64,000 nucleotides of DNA, taken from NCBI GenBank assembly GCA_963826525.1, contig CAWGXH010000004.1:1793427-1857426 (forward strand), given 5' to 3'. The stretch comes from an uncultured Methanomicrobiaceae archaeon. Its GTDB lineage: Archaea > Halobacteriota > Methanomicrobia > Methanomicrobiales > Methanoculleaceae. Shown in pieces: positions 1-9,883 of this stretch; positions within the stretch are counted from its first letter, which is position 1, and each line of letters begins with the position of its first letter. The notes under the pieces are model-generated. The model did no database searches, had not been told where the DNA came from, and was given only the letters and a program-made list of their open reading frames with translations. Made by a program: the position numbers and the translations under genes.

Positions 1-1187
1 ACCCCCTGCACAATAACCTCCGTCGGGAAGACCGCCTCATAGCCCGCGTAGGGCGACCATCCGGCACGGGAGTGCAGGGTGCCCGGATCTATCGTCGTGA
101 TCTCCCGGGGATACAGGGCGTAGTCTGCCCGATCGCCGGGGGCAAACCCGGCGCACGGGATGCCGAGGAGGGTTGCCGGCGTCCTGGATGTCTTCTCTAT
201 GACCGATATCCGCGAGATCTGCCGTTTCTGCACCGCTGCCATGAGCAGAGGCACCATCGTCTCGACACCGGGGATCCCCGATGGTGCATCGGCGATAGCA
301 CGGCGCTTCTCCTCTGCCGTATGCGGGGCATGATCGGATGCAATGACATCGATCTTCTCCCAGCGCAACCAGAGATGCCGCCGTTCCGTCTCGCTCCGAA
401 GTGGAGGGTTCACCTTTCCGGCCGCATCGGCAGGGTCGAATTGCTCCCGGGAGAGGAAGAGGTGGTGCGGCGTCACCTCCACCGTTCCTTGTGCGGCATC
501 GACGGCCGCGGCGGTGCTCAGGTGGCAGAAGTGGATGCGCGAACCGGGTGGCGCAAGCCCGCTGACGATCGCGACTGCGCGCGCTTCCCCGTCCGCCGGG
601 CGCATCCGGTCGTGATCGGCGAGGGTCTGCGGGGCCCCCTCGAGAGCGATCTCCTCTGCGTGGATCGTGGCAAGCCCGCCGAGACGGTTGATGCGCCGGA
701 GGGCATCGGTGAGTGCCTCGGGCGAGAGCGCCTCGCCGTAGCTGGAGGGGGCTGCAAACGTCTCGCCGAAGGCAAGTGCGCCCGCACGCCACATCCCTTC
801 GAGATCCGCATCCGCCGTGACGCCGGCGTTCACCGCAAAACCGCAGACGGCATGCTCCGCAGCCTCACGTATCCGCGTGGAAAGCCGCTCTCCGGTGGTG
901 AGGGGAGGGATGGTGTTCGGCTGATCGACGACGACCGTCACACCGCCGGCGACGGCGCTTGCCGTGCCGCTGGCAAAGTCCTCTTTGTGCGCCTGCTCTC
1001 CGCCTCGCATATGCACGTGCATATCGACCGCCCCCGGCATGCAGATAAACCGGCTGCAGTCGACGGACTCACAAGCCCGGAGCGGTGCCCCAACGTGCCT
1101 GACGAGCCCCCGATCGACGGCGATATCGGCGACCCTCCCGTCCGGGAGCGTCACATTCTCGAGGAGGAGATCGACCGGCCGGGTCAT
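1..1187 (-). CDS. pyrC: Dihydroorotase (amidohydrolase superfamily); 3' end runs off the window
   Basis: My translation of the minus strand from ATG at 1187 gives MTRPVDLLLENVTLPDGRVADIAV...PGAVDMHVHMRGG...KEDFASGTASAVAGGVTVVVDQPNTIPP. HxH and D(Q/M)PNT motifs are typical of dihydroorotase. Not in the ORF track, presumably because no stop falls inside the window. Confidence 0.85.
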   Translation of the reverse strand, partial: MTRPVDLLLENVTLPDGRVADIAVDRGLVRHVGAPLRACESVDCSRFICMPGAVDMHVHMRGGEQAHKEDFASGTASAVAGGVTVVVDQPNTIPPLTTGERLSTRIREAAEHAVCGFAVNAGVTADADLEGMWRAGALAFGETFAAPSSYGEALSPEALTDALRRINRLGGLATIHAEEIALEGAPQTLADHDRMRPADGEARAVAIVSGLAPPGSRIHFCHLSTAAAVDAAQGTVEVTPHHLFLSREQFDPADAAGKVNPPLRSETERRHLWLRWEKIDVIASDHAPHTAEEKRRAIADAPSGIPGVETMVPLLMAAVQKRQISRISVIEKTSRTPATLLGIPCAGFAPGDRADYALYPREITTIDPGTLHSRAGWSPYAGYEAVFPTEVIVQG

Positions 1188-2098
1188 GCGAGGTTCGCCT
1201 TCAGGTCGTCTTTCTGCACGTAATGCACCTCGACCATATGATCCGGTTTATAGCGCATCTTCGCTTCCCGGAGTCCGGGAACCCCCATGTCGCATTCCCG
1301 GTCGATGCAGAGGTACTCGTTCACGAGGCCGGACGCGGTCTCGGCATTGATCGCACGATAGATCCCGCGGTACACATCGGGTAGCGCCTTTTCGAAGTGC
1401 ACTACCGCGGTCGTCTCGTTCAGCCGTCCCACTACCGATATCGCACCGATGTTCTCTCCTACCCTGACGATCGTGCCGCGGAGCTGCAGATCGAAGAAGT
1501 GCTCCATGGCAAAGAGGATGGCGTCCTTCTCGTAGGCAAGGATGGGTACCGAGTCGCAGTCCTTCCACTCGCACCATTCGATGAGGAACTCAAGCACCTC
1601 GTCGATAGTCTCCGGCGTGATCGCATCGGTCGTATACGAAAATTCGCGCCTGAACTTGTTGAGGTTCCGGCGTATGGTGAGGTAATCGCCGCCGGGGAGT
1701 TTGGCAAGGTCATCGGCGCGGTAGATGTAGTCGAAGAAGTCCCTGTCCGGGTGCAGCGTGAGATCCGGATAGAGCGTGCGTATCCATGCCGTCGAATCCG
1801 GATCGAGCGAGATGAGGGGGGTTTTGCCGCCTGCCGATGCGGCAAGTTCCAGCACCTCGCGGAGGAGGGCGGGGTCCTTCGGCCCTATCGGTGGGCGGAA
1901 GGTCGTTTCGCCGTCGATCGTGCTCGAGATGACGATCGCATCCCCGACGCAGGCGTACCGATAGTCCGCATAGTGATTCCAGCAGACCATATTTGCAAAC
2001 GTGTTATCGCTGTGTACCTGCGGGTACGCCGCGTACTGTTCATTAAAAGTATCTCTATCATCCAGGGTAACCGGTTTGAAATCACTCAGTGACAGCAT
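1184..2098 (-). CDS. DUF2156 family GNAT-fold protein (phosphatidylglycerol lysyltransferase C-terminal-like)
   Basis: Likely start MLSLSDFKPVTLDD. Motifs DFFDYIY, VHFEKA, IDRECDMGVPGLREAKMRYKP match DUF2156. Confidence 0.8.
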   Translation of the reverse strand: MLSLSDFKPVTLDDRDTFNEQYAAYPQVHSDNTFANMVCWNHYADYRYACVGDAIVISSTIDGETTFRPPIGPKDPALLREVLELAASAGGKTPLISLDPDSTAWIRTLYPDLTLHPDRDFFDYIYRADDLAKLPGGDYLTIRRNLNKFRREFSYTTDAITPETIDEVLEFLIEWCEWKDCDSVPILAYEKDAILFAMEHFFDLQLRGTIVRVGENIGAISVVGRLNETTAVVHFEKALPDVYRGIYRAINAETASGLVNEYLCIDRECDMGVPGLREAKMRYKPDHMVEVHYVQKDDLKANLA

Positions 2099-2100
2099 CT

Positions 2101-2529
2101 TCACTGCTCTCCGTAATACCGCATGGGCACAAAGCCTTCGAGTCTCAAAAAGCCCATCGGTTGATAAAATTCTTCGGTTCCGGGTTCGGCAATCAGTCCT
2201 ATCCACCCAAGATCAGCAGCTTTGCACTGCTCCAGCAGTGCCGAGACGATCATCTTCCCGATGCCCCGCCCCCGCTGATCGGGCAGGACGACGAGGTCCT
2301 GAATATATGCGTCGGAGACCCCGTCCGAGATGACCCGGCCCATCCCGACCGTCCGGCCGCTCTCTCTCTCGACGGCGACGGCGAACACAAAACTCCCCCG
2401 GACGAGGGCGCCGAGCCCGGCCGGATCCCACCGTTCGTTCCACCATCCTCCTGCGCGGTAGAGATCGGCGATCACCTCTTCGTCCCAGGCGTTCACCATC
2501 CGTATCTCGATCCCCGTTCCCTGCTCCAT
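2101..2529 (-). CDS. GNAT family N-acetyltransferase
   Basis: GMGRVISDG...AYIQDLVVLPDQRGRGIGK acetyl-CoA motif A; FYQPMGF. Confidence 0.85.
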   Translation of the reverse strand: MEQGTGIEIRMVNAWDEEVIADLYRAGGWWNERWDPAGLGALVRGSFVFAVAVERESGRTVGMGRVISDGVSDAYIQDLVVLPDQRGRGIGKMIVSALLEQCKAADLGWIGLIAEPGTEEFYQPMGFLRLEGFVPMRYYGEQ

Positions 2530-2624
2530 ATCCGTATCTCCTTCCATCCCGGACTGTATCACTCAGGTTTGTTTCGCAGGCTTACGGCGCGGCAACTCAA
2601 AAAGTGTATCTGTGGGTCTTCGCC

Positions 2625-3621
2625 CTAACAGACTCTTGGAACGGGGTCGCCGATCGGCGGCTCGATGAACCGCTCTCCCCCGATGGCGGTCTTCATAACG
2701 ACGTTCGATCCCTCGACGACGGTGCCGACGATCGCCGCATCCCGGCCGTAGGGGTGGGAGCGGAGTGCAGCGAGAATTGCATCGGCATCCTCCGGTTTCA
2801 CGCCGAGGATCACTTTCCCTTCGTTCGCCACTTCGAGGGGGTCGAGGCCGAGCATGCCTGCCGCACTCCGGACACTCGTCTTCAGTGGAAGCGACTCTTC
2901 CTCGATGACGACGCCGTGCCCGCTCTTCCTGGCCATCTCGTTGATGGCGTTTGCAAACCCGCCCCGGGTCGGGTCCTTCATCGCGTGGATCTCCCCCGCC
3001 GCCATCGCACGCTCGACGAGCGGCCAGAGCGGCGATACGTCCGAGCGGATCTGGTCGCCGAACTCGAATCCCTCCCGGTGCGCCATGATGGCGATCCCGT
3101 GATCGCCGAGGGTGCCGCTGACGATGATGCGGTCGCCGACGGCAAGTCCGTTATCGCGCACGACCTGTTCGGCGACACCTATCCCGGCGGTGTTGATGAT
3201 GATGGTATCAAGCAGCTCCCCGCTCGAGCACTTTGGTATCGCCGGTGACGAGGTTTGCACCGCATTCTCCGAGTGCGGCATCCATGGACGCGACGATCCG
3301 CTCGAGGTCGGCGATCTCGAATCCTTCCGGTATAATCATCCCGCATGAAAGTGCTATGGGTCTGCCTCCCATCATGGCGAGATCGTTGATGGTCCCGCAG
3401 ACGGCGATCCGGCCGATGTCACCGCCTGGAAAGAATATCGGGGAGACGACATGGCTGTCGGTGGTAAAAACGATGTTCCTGCCGCTTATGGGGATCACTG
3501 CGCCGTCGTCAAGCGATTCGAGCCCTATTCCGCCGGCATTGTTATTTTTCAGGTTGGTGATGGTCTTGAGGAGTTCGCCCATCACTTCTCCGCCGGCTCC
3601 GTGCATGAGGTTTACTTTCAT
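2625..3621 (-). CDS. hypE: Hydrogenase maturation protein HypE (one apparent frameshift near 3214)
   Basis: HGAGG, DDGAV, FTTDSHVVSPIFFPGGDIG, GDTKV in ORF 3208-3621. DPTRGG, ANEG and C-terminal PRVC in ORF 2625-3281. Confidence 0.93.
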
Positions 3622-3946
3622 CGCGCATCCACTTCTCTGAGAAATTATTTCGCATATTCGCTATTTGAACCGAATTCTCTGACAGATGTCCTGAATTATG
3701 ACTGGTTCTTCCGGGTAGTACGTTTGATCCGGCACCCCATAAAGTATCTCTTCTCTGTAGCGGCCGTTATCCCGGTGCTCCGCGACGGCGTGCTCCCCGG
3801 GTATGATGGGAAAAACTGAAACAAAAACCAGTGTCTGGAAAACAGGGATAAAACAGTGCGACTTACAACCCGTGGCATGGTATACCGCTGCCCGCAGGGG
3901 TATCCGCGAAGAGATCTCTGTCCCGGCAGGCCCGGTGCCGCGCCGG

Positions 3947-4285
3947 TCAGTCTGCGACTTCTATCTCGATGTTGGTGACGACGACTTCCCTGCCGTCGAC
4001 AATCTCGGGGAGTTTCCCGCATCCCGGGCAGACGAACCGCTCGCTCCCTTCGTATCCGCACGGACAGCGGGATCTGATCGCGACATCGCGGCAGTCGAGT
4101 GTTGCCCCGGCAAAGAGTGGGTCATCCTCGATAATGACCTCGAAGAGAAACTTCACCTGCTCCGGGTTCACCATTGCCATCTTCCCGAAATCGATGTGCA
4201 CGCACTTCACCAGGTCAGCTTTGTTTTCGATGGCTGCGCGGCGTGCGGTCGCATAGATGTCATGGGCAATGCTGTACTCGTGCAT
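3947..4285 (-). CDS. hypA: Hydrogenase nickel metallochaperone HypA
   Basis: MHEYSIA N-terminus; CxC and CxxC zinc motifs; GRE near the C-terminus. Confidence 0.93.
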   Translation of the reverse strand: MHEYSIAHDIYATARRAAIENKADLVKCVHIDFGKMAMVNPEQVKFLFEVIIEDDPLFAGATLDCRDVAIRSRCPCGYEGSERFVCPGCGKLPEIVDGREVVVTNIEIEVAD

Positions 4286-4512
4286 TACTCCTCCATCATC
4301 GCCGCATGAACCTGCCGGAAGATCTCACGGGTCTCGAGCCCTTCCTCCCGCGAGAGTTTCTGTATTGCAAATCCGACGTGAACCAGTACGAACTCGCCGA
4401 TCTCCACATCCACAAGGTCGAGCCTGACTTCCTGCCTGAGGTCGCCGAAGTCCACGACCCCGATGTTATCGTCTTTGATCTCCAGTACTTCAGCGGGCAT
4501 TGCGATGCACAT
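4285..4512 (-). CDS. hypC: Hydrogenase assembly chaperone HypC
   Basis: MCIAMPA N-terminus; GEFVLVHVGFAI. Confidence 0.95.
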   Translation of the reverse strand: MCIAMPAEVLEIKDDNIGVVDFGDLRQEVRLDLVDVEIGEFVLVHVGFAIQKLSREEGLETREIFRQVHAAMMEE

Positions 4513-5119
4513 GTCTCTTCACTCCTCGTTATATCCGGATGACCTGCCTCAAAGATGGTATGCTGCTACCTGAAAAGGGATGGGCGCATTCCTGTGGTCA
4601 TGCGGCGTACCGTCTTCGGCGCTTTCTCTCTCCGGCATACATACGGTTCGCTCCGTCACGTGAAAAAGTATGCGCATCATCAGTTTGCTCGTTCCGAAGG
4701 CTCCTTTTTGTCTTCCGCCTGCCCGATTACGTTTGAGTCTCCTTCTTTAACCGGTGTGCAGGTGAGGCCCGTATGGAACCGCCCCACGGCCTGTTCGCCC
4801 GGAGCTCCGGGATGCCGTTCCTGCCGTGTCGGCGACTTCGGCACCGGGAAGGGCGGATCGCGATCCGACGAGGACCTGCTGCCGTCGTGGTCGACGATCT
4901 TCTGCGAAGCCGGGGATGTATCCGGATACCCGCACCGGTCACGTATGGCCTATGAGCAACAGCATTATATGCCGCGGGACGCATCCCGAAGAACCTGCGA
5001 AGATCCAGCGGCTGATGCCGGTATCTGTAGCGACGGTATGTGGCTCCGTAGAGCGCTGCGGATACGGGTGCAGAGGGCGCGCCCTCGTCCCGCCGTGGGC
5101 GAGCAGAATGCCGGGAGTG

Positions 5120-6338
5120 ATGAAAATGAGGAAGAAAAACATACGGGATATCGATGTGAATGGAAAGCGTTTACTTATCCGGGTCGATTATAACGTTCCG
5201 CTCGATAGTAGCGGCTCTATCGCCGATGATACCCGGATACGTGCAACGCTGCCGACGATACGCTACCTGCTCGAGAAGAATGCGCGGGTCATTCTCTGTT
5301 CCCACCTCGGTCGGCCCGGTGGTAAGGTGGTGGATTCTCTCCGACTCGCCCCGGTCGCGGACCGCCTCTCCGAGTTGCTGGATAAACCCGTCACGGCGCT
5401 CCGCGACTGTGTCGGGCCTGAGGTCGAGGCGGCTGTCTTCAGCATGAGAGCGGGGGATGTCGTGCTGCTCGAGAACCTCCGGTTCCACAAGGGAGAGAAA
5501 GCAAACGACCCAGGATTTGCCGAACAGCTCGGCACGTCTTGCCGAGGTATACGTCAACGATGCTTTCGGCGTCTCCCACCGTGTTCAGGCATCGGTGGTC
5601 GGCGTTCCGAAGCACCTGCCGGCGGTAGCCGGGCTGCTCCTGCAGCGGGAGGTCGATGTCTTTGCGGATCTTCTCGAACACCCGGAGCGGCCGTTTGCTG
5701 CGGTGATCGGCGGTGCGAAAGTGAGCGATAAACTCGCTGTCCTTGAGAATGTCATCACGAAGGTGGATTTGCTGATCATCGGGGGAGGGATGGCATCTAC
5801 CTTCATCACGAGCGAGGGGCTCGGCGTCGGTGCATCACGCGTGGAGGCGGATCAGCTCGATTCGGTCAGGCAGATCGAGAAGAAGGCCGAGTCACTGCCG
5901 GTCACTCTTCTCCTCCCACGCGACGTCGTCGTGGCCGACGTGCTGGGGGCGGGCGCAAAGACACGCATCGTCCCGATAACCGCGATTCCGGAGGGATGCC
6001 GCATCGCCGATATCGGGCCGGAGACGGTTCACGACTTTTCAGAGGCGCTCTCCCGCTGCCGTACCGCCATCTGGAACGGACCCGTGGGCATCTTCGAGAT
6101 CCCCGAGTTCGCAACGGGAACACGGCAGGTTGCGGAGGCTATTGCATCGATCCGGGGAACCACGGCGGTCGGTGGCGGATCGACCATCGAGGCGGTCGAG
6201 CGATTCGGTTTTGCGGATCGGATCTCGCATATCTCGACGGGTGGCGGAGCCGTGCTGGAACTTCTTGCGGGAAAACCGCTGCCCGGTGTCGAGGCACTCC
6301 AGGACGCGAGGCCGGAACTCATGGAGAAGAGGGCCTGA
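5120..6338 (+). CDS. pgk: Phosphoglycerate kinase, bacterial-type (apparent frameshift near 5533)
   Basis: RVDYNVP, SHLGRP, LLENLRF in one frame. [31 protein letters not shown] in the next. Confidence 0.93.
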
Positions 6339-6357
6339 TCGTCCGGCACTCCGGGGA

Positions 6358-7332
6358 ATGGCGATGAAGCGGATAGGCATATTGACGAGCGGCGGTGATG
6401 CGCCGGGCATGAATGCCTGTATCCGGGCTGCGGTGCGCACCGGGCTTGCAGGCGGCGTGGAGGTGGTCGGGGTACGCAGGGGGTATGCCGGGCTTATCAG
6501 GGGCGAGACGATGCCGCTTGACCGGACGGCCATCCGGAACACCATCCACCTCGGCGGAACGATTCTCGAAACGTCCCGCTCCCGGGAGTTCCTGACCCGT
6601 GAAGGGCGGGCAGAGGCTGCAGCGACTGTTCAACGGGAGAACCTGGACGGCCTGATCCTGATCGGGGGCGACGGGACGTTCCACGGCGCAAGCATCTTCG
6701 CCGACGAGTGGGGGACAGCGTTTGTGGGGGTGCCGGCGAGCATCGATAACGACGTCTACGGTACCGACTCCTGCGTCGGCTTCGATACCGCCGCGAACTG
6801 CGCCCTCAACGCGATCGACCGGATCCGCGATACGGCACGGTCGCACGATCGCCTCTTCTTTGTCGAGGTGATGGGCAGGGAGAGCGGCTACCTTGCACTC
6901 GAGAGCGGCATTGCCGGCGGCGCCGAGGAGCTGATCATCCCCGAGGAGCCGCTCCCGCTTGAAAAGCTCGCCACCCGACTCAAAGAAGGGCTTGCCATCG
7001 GGAAGAAGAGTGCTATCGTGGTCGTGGCGGAGGGGAATCGGCCGGGGAGATCCTTCGAGATAGCCGAGTCACTCCGGGAGTATCTCGCGTTCGAATCCCG
7101 TGTCGTTGTTCTCGGGCACCTCCAGCGCGGAGGGCCGCCCACGGTACGTGACCGCGTCCTTGGAAGCATGCTCGGTGTCGCGGCCGTTACGGCGCTCCAG
7201 GACGGCCGGAGCGGGTGTATGGTCGGCGAGGTGAAGGGGGAGGTCGTCTATACGCCGCTTGAGGAGACCTGGCAGAAGAAAAAACCGCTCAATCCCGCCT
7301 TGATGAGGATATTTCCGCTCCTCTCCGAGTAG
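6358..7332 (+). CDS. pfkA: ATP-dependent 6-phosphofructokinase, PfkA family
   Basis: TSGGDAPGMNA, GGTIL, GGDGT, PASIDND, GFDTA, EVMGR, LGHLQRGG. Confidence 0.93.
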   Translation: MAMKRIGILTSGGDAPGMNACIRAAVRTGLAGGVEVVGVRRGYAGLIRGETMPLDRTAIRNTIHLGGTILETSRSREFLTREGRAEAAATVQRENLDGLILIGGDGTFHGASIFADEWGTAFVGVPASIDNDVYGTDSCVGFDTAANCALNAIDRIRDTARSHDRLFFVEVMGRESGYLALESGIAGGAEELIIPEEPLPLEKLATRLKEGLAIGKKSAIVVVAEGNRPGRSFEIAESLREYLAFESRVVVLGHLQRGGPPTVRDRVLGSMLGVAAVTALQDGRSGCMVGEVKGEVVYTPLEETWQKKKPLNPALMRIFPLLSE

Positions 7333-7484
7333 CAATGCGGGTGCCCGCAAGGTTTATGCATCGTCATGCCGATGCCGCTGCCCCCGCGGTGGGTGAGCTC
7401 TCCGATGCAGGTTTTGCATGTCGGCACGGAGAACGGCATGTACCCGGGCTCGGATACATTCTCTTACGTGTGGAGGAAGTGTGT

Positions 7485-7598
7485 ATGAAAGCCATGAAGA
7501 TTGTTGTTGCTGGACTCGGGCTGGTCGTTCTGGCGGGCGTAGCCCTCGCTATAATGAAGAAGGCCGGAAAGCATGCAGGGTGCCCGTACTGCTCCTGA
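7485..7598 (+). CDS. 37-aa single-TM peptide with C-terminal CPYC
   Basis: GGAGG at 7472-7476 precedes ATG. MKAMKIVVAGLGLVVLAGVALAIMKKAGKHAGCPYCS. Confidence 0.5.
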   Translation: MKAMKIVVAGLGLVVLAGVALAIMKKAGKHAGCPYCS

Positions 7599-7724
7599 TG
7601 AAGAGGCGGGAAAGACCCGGCCTTCCTTTTCAGACACCGGCGGCTGCGCTCCCGGTTTGCGGGTAGGTATCAAGGCTGATTCCCGGCACGGCCTCGCACC
7701 GCGGCCGGCTCGCCGTTCCGGTTC

Positions 7725-8012
7725 AGCAATCCTTAAATATCCCTAATCCCGGCTGAATCCGCCGAAAAAACCACCCTCACAGTAGCCCACAGACGGCCGA
7801 TCGCAACGTCGGTAAGGGTATCCATCCTCTAAAAATTACTGCCCCTTATATTACCGTTATATCTCGAAGATTTTTCAATATTTCGGGGATATAGGCCATA
7901 TGCTCCGGCTAATCCTGGTTCTGAAATCTGGCCTCTGAAAACAGTGCTATAATCGGAAACTAACGGCAAATTAACCTTATTTCAGGATGGGTGAGGGGCA
8001 CCCCCTTCACCC
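7725..8012. repeat. Dispersed ~290-bp non-coding element, copy A
   Basis: Colinear with 46617-46904 and 55209-55500: AGCAA.CCTTAAAT, CTCACAG.AGCCC..AGACGG, AAAATTACT, TTTCGGG, terminal GAGGGG..CCCC.TC hairpin. Confidence 0.85.
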
Positions 8013-8034
8013 GGGTGCCGGCATGCCGTCTGCC
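8007..8034 (-). pseudogene. 3'-terminal relic (ADGMPAPG*) of the gene family seen full-length at 55495-55999
   Basis: tcacccgggtgccggcatgccgtctgcc vs tcacccgagcgccggcacgccgtccgcc (55495-55522): 24/28 identical, at the same position relative to the repeat. Confidence 0.75.
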
Positions 8035-8119
8035 GGGGACAGACCGGGCACGCTGTCGGCTGGAACGGGGGGTGGCGGTGATCCGCGACTTCCCCTGCCC
8101 GATCTCTTCGGTCATCCCT

Positions 8120-9883
8120 TCACCCCTGCTCCAGGTCCGAGAGAGCGGCGGCAACCTCAGCCGATGCCTGCTGCAGCCTGGCGACCTCGCCCGTCGTCTC
8201 GTTCAGGTGCTCCTTCCTCTTCCGGTAGGCGGCGGTGATTGCTCCCTGAGTGGCATCGACGGTGTCTGCCAGATCCGTATCCAGTTCCCGGGCGAACTGC
8301 CGGAACGTCGCATCGATGTTCTGGAGCGTCGCCCACCGGAGGTTCTCGGCGTTCCTGACCACGAGGTAGGCGATCTGCTTCTCAAGCCGCGCCCGGATCC
8401 GCTTCTCCCGCATCGAACGGGGCAGTGCCCGGTCGAGGAGCTCGTTCGTGACCGGGCTGAAGGTGCTCTCCCAGCCCTTCCGGGAGACCCAGTACGGCTC
8501 CTGCCGCATCGAGAGCTCCCTCCCGCTCTCCGGGGCACGGTAGGGGATAGCGAAGAGGTCCGCGGCAGCCAGCCTGACCGACTCGATCAGGTCGTCGGCC
8601 CGCTGCTGGTGGAGCCGCAGGAGCACCGTCACCTCCTGCTCGACCGCCGTGGTCATCTCCCCGAGTTCGTGCTCGTAGAGCGACGGGATGGCGGCGGCAA
8701 CGGCGTCCTGCGCCGCCGCTTCGTCGGGGCCGCCGGGAGCCGCGAGTGCATCTTCCGCCACGCCGCGGAGGCATGCGCCCGCCCGCTCCCGGAGCGCCTG
8801 CACCTGCTCTTCGAGCCAGGCTGCCACCCGTGTATGGTCGCCCGCGAGGATGTCGGCGGCATGCCGCCGCTGGAGCTCCGCCTCACGGATCTTCGCTTCA
8901 AACGTCCGCATCCGGTCTTCGAGTGTATCGAGCGGCATCTCCAGCGCCCGCTGCGAGAGCTCGATCCGGAGCGTGACATCACCCAGCAGGTCACGGGCCT
9001 TCTTCAGGACCGCATCCCGGAGCACGGCGTTCTTCTCCCCGGCAAGGAACCCGATCAGGTGCTCCGAGACCGCCGCCATCCCGCTCGACCGCCAGAGGCC
9101 GGCATCGTCGGCTGCTCTGGCGGCAAGCCCCTGTTTCGCCGATACCGGGAAGACGGTGACCTGTCCTTCGATACCGGCCCGCTCACGGAGCACCGTCTCG
9201 AAGAACGCGAGTGCTGTCTCCCGTTCGTCGTCGGCGAGGTAGTCGACCTTGTTGAGGACGAAGAAGACCTTTGCAACCGCATCGCGGATCGTCTGGAGGA
9301 ATTCGACCTCCACCTCGGTGATCGGCGGGTCGGCGGAGACCAGAAAGAGCGCTGCATCGCACTGAGCGAGGAAATTCAAGGTCATCTCAGTGTTGTGCTG
9401 GTGGACCGACCCGATCCCCGGCGTGTCGATCAGGACAACGCCCTCTGCAAGGAGTGCTGCGGGATGGGTCACCTCCACCTGCAGGACACCCTGTTCGTTC
9501 CTCGGGTTGAACTCTTCCGAGACATGCCGGAGGAGTGCCCGCTGCAGGTCGAGGGGAGTGTCGCTCTCGACGATCTCGTCGTCGCGACCGTCCAGAAACC
9601 GGATACAAACGCTCCGCCGGTCGCCGTGGGCGATCAGTGTCGGGATGGCGGTCAGGGGGATCACCGAGCTCGGGAGAAGGGCTTCGCCGAGGAGCGCGTT
9701 GATCAGGGTGCTCTTCCCCCGCTTGAACTGGCCGAGCACGGCGAGGTGGAACCGGCCGGTACCGAGCCGGTCCGCCAGTGCGCGGAGCTGGTCGGCGTAC
9801 GGCGCATACTCAGGCCCGAACGATCGGATACGGTCGGCTTCGCAGGCAAGGCTCTCGGGCAGATGCCGGGTGTGGCTACTCAT
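8120..9883 (-). CDS. Bacterial dynamin-like GTPase
   Basis: G1 GQFKRGKSTLINALLG, PLTA (G2), LIDTPG (G3), VLNKVD (G4), long helical C-terminal stalk. Confidence 0.88.
   Translation of the reverse strand: MSSHTRHLPESLACEADRIRSFGPEYAPYADQLRALADRLGTGRFHLAVLGQFKRGKSTLINALLGEALLPSSVIPLTAIPTLIAHGDRRSVCIRFLDGRDDEIVESDTPLDLQRALLRHVSEEFNPRNEQGVLQVEVTHPAALLAEGVVLIDTPGIGSVHQHNTEMTLNFLAQCDAALFLVSADPPITEVEVEFLQTIRDAVAKVFFVLNKVDYLADDERETALAFFETVLRERAGIEGQVTVFPVSAKQGLAARAADDAGLWRSSGMAAVSEHLIGFLAGEKNAVLRDAVLKKARDLLGDVTLRIELSQRALEMPLDTLEDRMRTFEAKIREAELQRRHAADILAGDHTRVAAWLEEQVQALRERAGACLRGVAEDALAAPGGPDEAAAQDAVAAAIPSLYEHELGEMTTAVEQEVTVLLRLHQQRADDLIESVRLAAADLFAIPYRAPESGRELSMRQEPYWVSRKGWESTFSPVTNELLDRALPRSMREKRIRARLEKQIAYLVVRNAENLRWATLQNIDATFRQFARELDTDLADTVDATQGAITAAYRKRKEHLNETTGEVARLQQASAEVAAALSDLEQG

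Noticed and set aside
3622-3946. SRP or RNase P RNA in larger intergenic gaps (3622-3946, 17400-17785, 42700-43220)
   Set aside because: Hallmark motifs (SRP helix 8 GCCCAGG..GGAA..AGCA; RNase P GAGGAAAGUCC) not seen.
4555-5119. ORFs upstream of pgk (4555-5193, 4727-4984 and others)
   Set aside because: No recognisable motifs or consistent codon bias; probably degraded or non-coding.
7725-8012. The three-copy element as an IS-derived MITE
   Set aside because: No terminal inverted repeats or target-site duplications seen, and no transposase in the window. The copies are too diverged, with block-like conservation.
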